Source: Pecten maximus
Lineage: Eukaryota
DNA length: 64,000 nt
Assembly (NCBI RefSeq): GCF_902652985.1
Contig: NC_047015.1
Coordinates: forward strand, 45,756,001 to 45,820,000
Reading direction: 5' to 3'
The position numbers and the translations under genes are program-made. Shown here piece by piece: positions 63,507 to 64,000 of the stretch. Every line of letters starts with the position of its first letter. Within the stretch, counting starts at the first letter, position 1. The notes under the pieces are model-generated. The model did not search any database and was not told where the DNA came from. It was given only the letters and a program-made list of their open reading frames with translations.

Positions 63507-64000
63507 ACCGACGAGTTCTAGAAGGACGAAACAGCTGCATGATGTCCCTAACATCACCGACGAGTCCTAGAAGGACGAAACAGCTGTATGATGTCCCTAA
63601 CATCACCGACGAGTCCTAGAAGGACGAAACAGCTCGATTGTGTTCCTAACATCACCGACGAGTCCTAAAAGGACGAAACAGCTGTATGATGTCCCTAACA
63701 TCACCGACGAGTCTTCGACGGACGAAACAGCTGTATGATGTCCCTAATATCACCGACAAGTCCAAGAAGGAAAAAACAGTTGCATGATGTCCCTAACATC
63801 ACCGACGAGTCCTAAAAGGACGAAACAGCTCGATGGTGTTCCTAACATCACCGATGAGTCCTAGAAGGACGAAACAGCTGTATGATGTCCCTAATATCAC
63901 CGACAAGTCCAAGAAGGAAAAAACAGTTGCATGATGTCCCTAACATCACCGACGAGTCCTAAAAGGACGAAACAGCTCGATGGTGTTCCTAACATCACCG
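63505..64000 (+). ncRNA. Tandem array of 49-bp monomers, each a minimal type I hammerhead ribozyme motif (at least 10 copies, runs off the window)
   Basis: Monomer ACATCA-CCGA(C/T)GA-GTCC-TAGAA-GGAC-GAAAC-AGCT-GTA-TGATGT-CCCTA. Helix I ACATCA/TGATGT, core CCGANGA and GAAA, helix II GTCC/GGAC, 2-bp helix III with AGCT loop, GUA cleavage triplet. Confidence 0.8.

Overview
AT-rich eukaryotic genomic DNA, most consistent with a mollusc. A bivalve is likely from the SINE types and gene family, but this is inference. The coding content is a tandem cluster of eight divergent Cys-loop (nicotinic acetylcholine receptor-like) ligand-gated ion channel subunit genes between 18.9 and 62.3 kb: one on the + strand and seven on the - strand. 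Six have intronless coding regions, two share a single phase-0 intron, and two carry a 1-bp homopolymer frameshift. All eight keep the C-x13-C Cys-loop and four TM helices, but all lack the vicinal loop-C cysteines and most of the acetylcholine aromatic box, which suggests non-cholinergic (possibly chemosensory) channels. The intergenic DNA holds many unrelated minisatellites/satellites (18-53 bp units), a dead Hero-like non-LTR retrotransposon, SINE and MITE fragments, an old ~6 kb segmental duplication and a 163-nt assembly gap. The most unusual non-coding feature is at the right end: a 49-bp tandem repeat whose monomer is essentially a minimal type I hammerhead ribozyme (U4C variant, palindromic helix III), fused directly behind a tRNA-derived SINE head.
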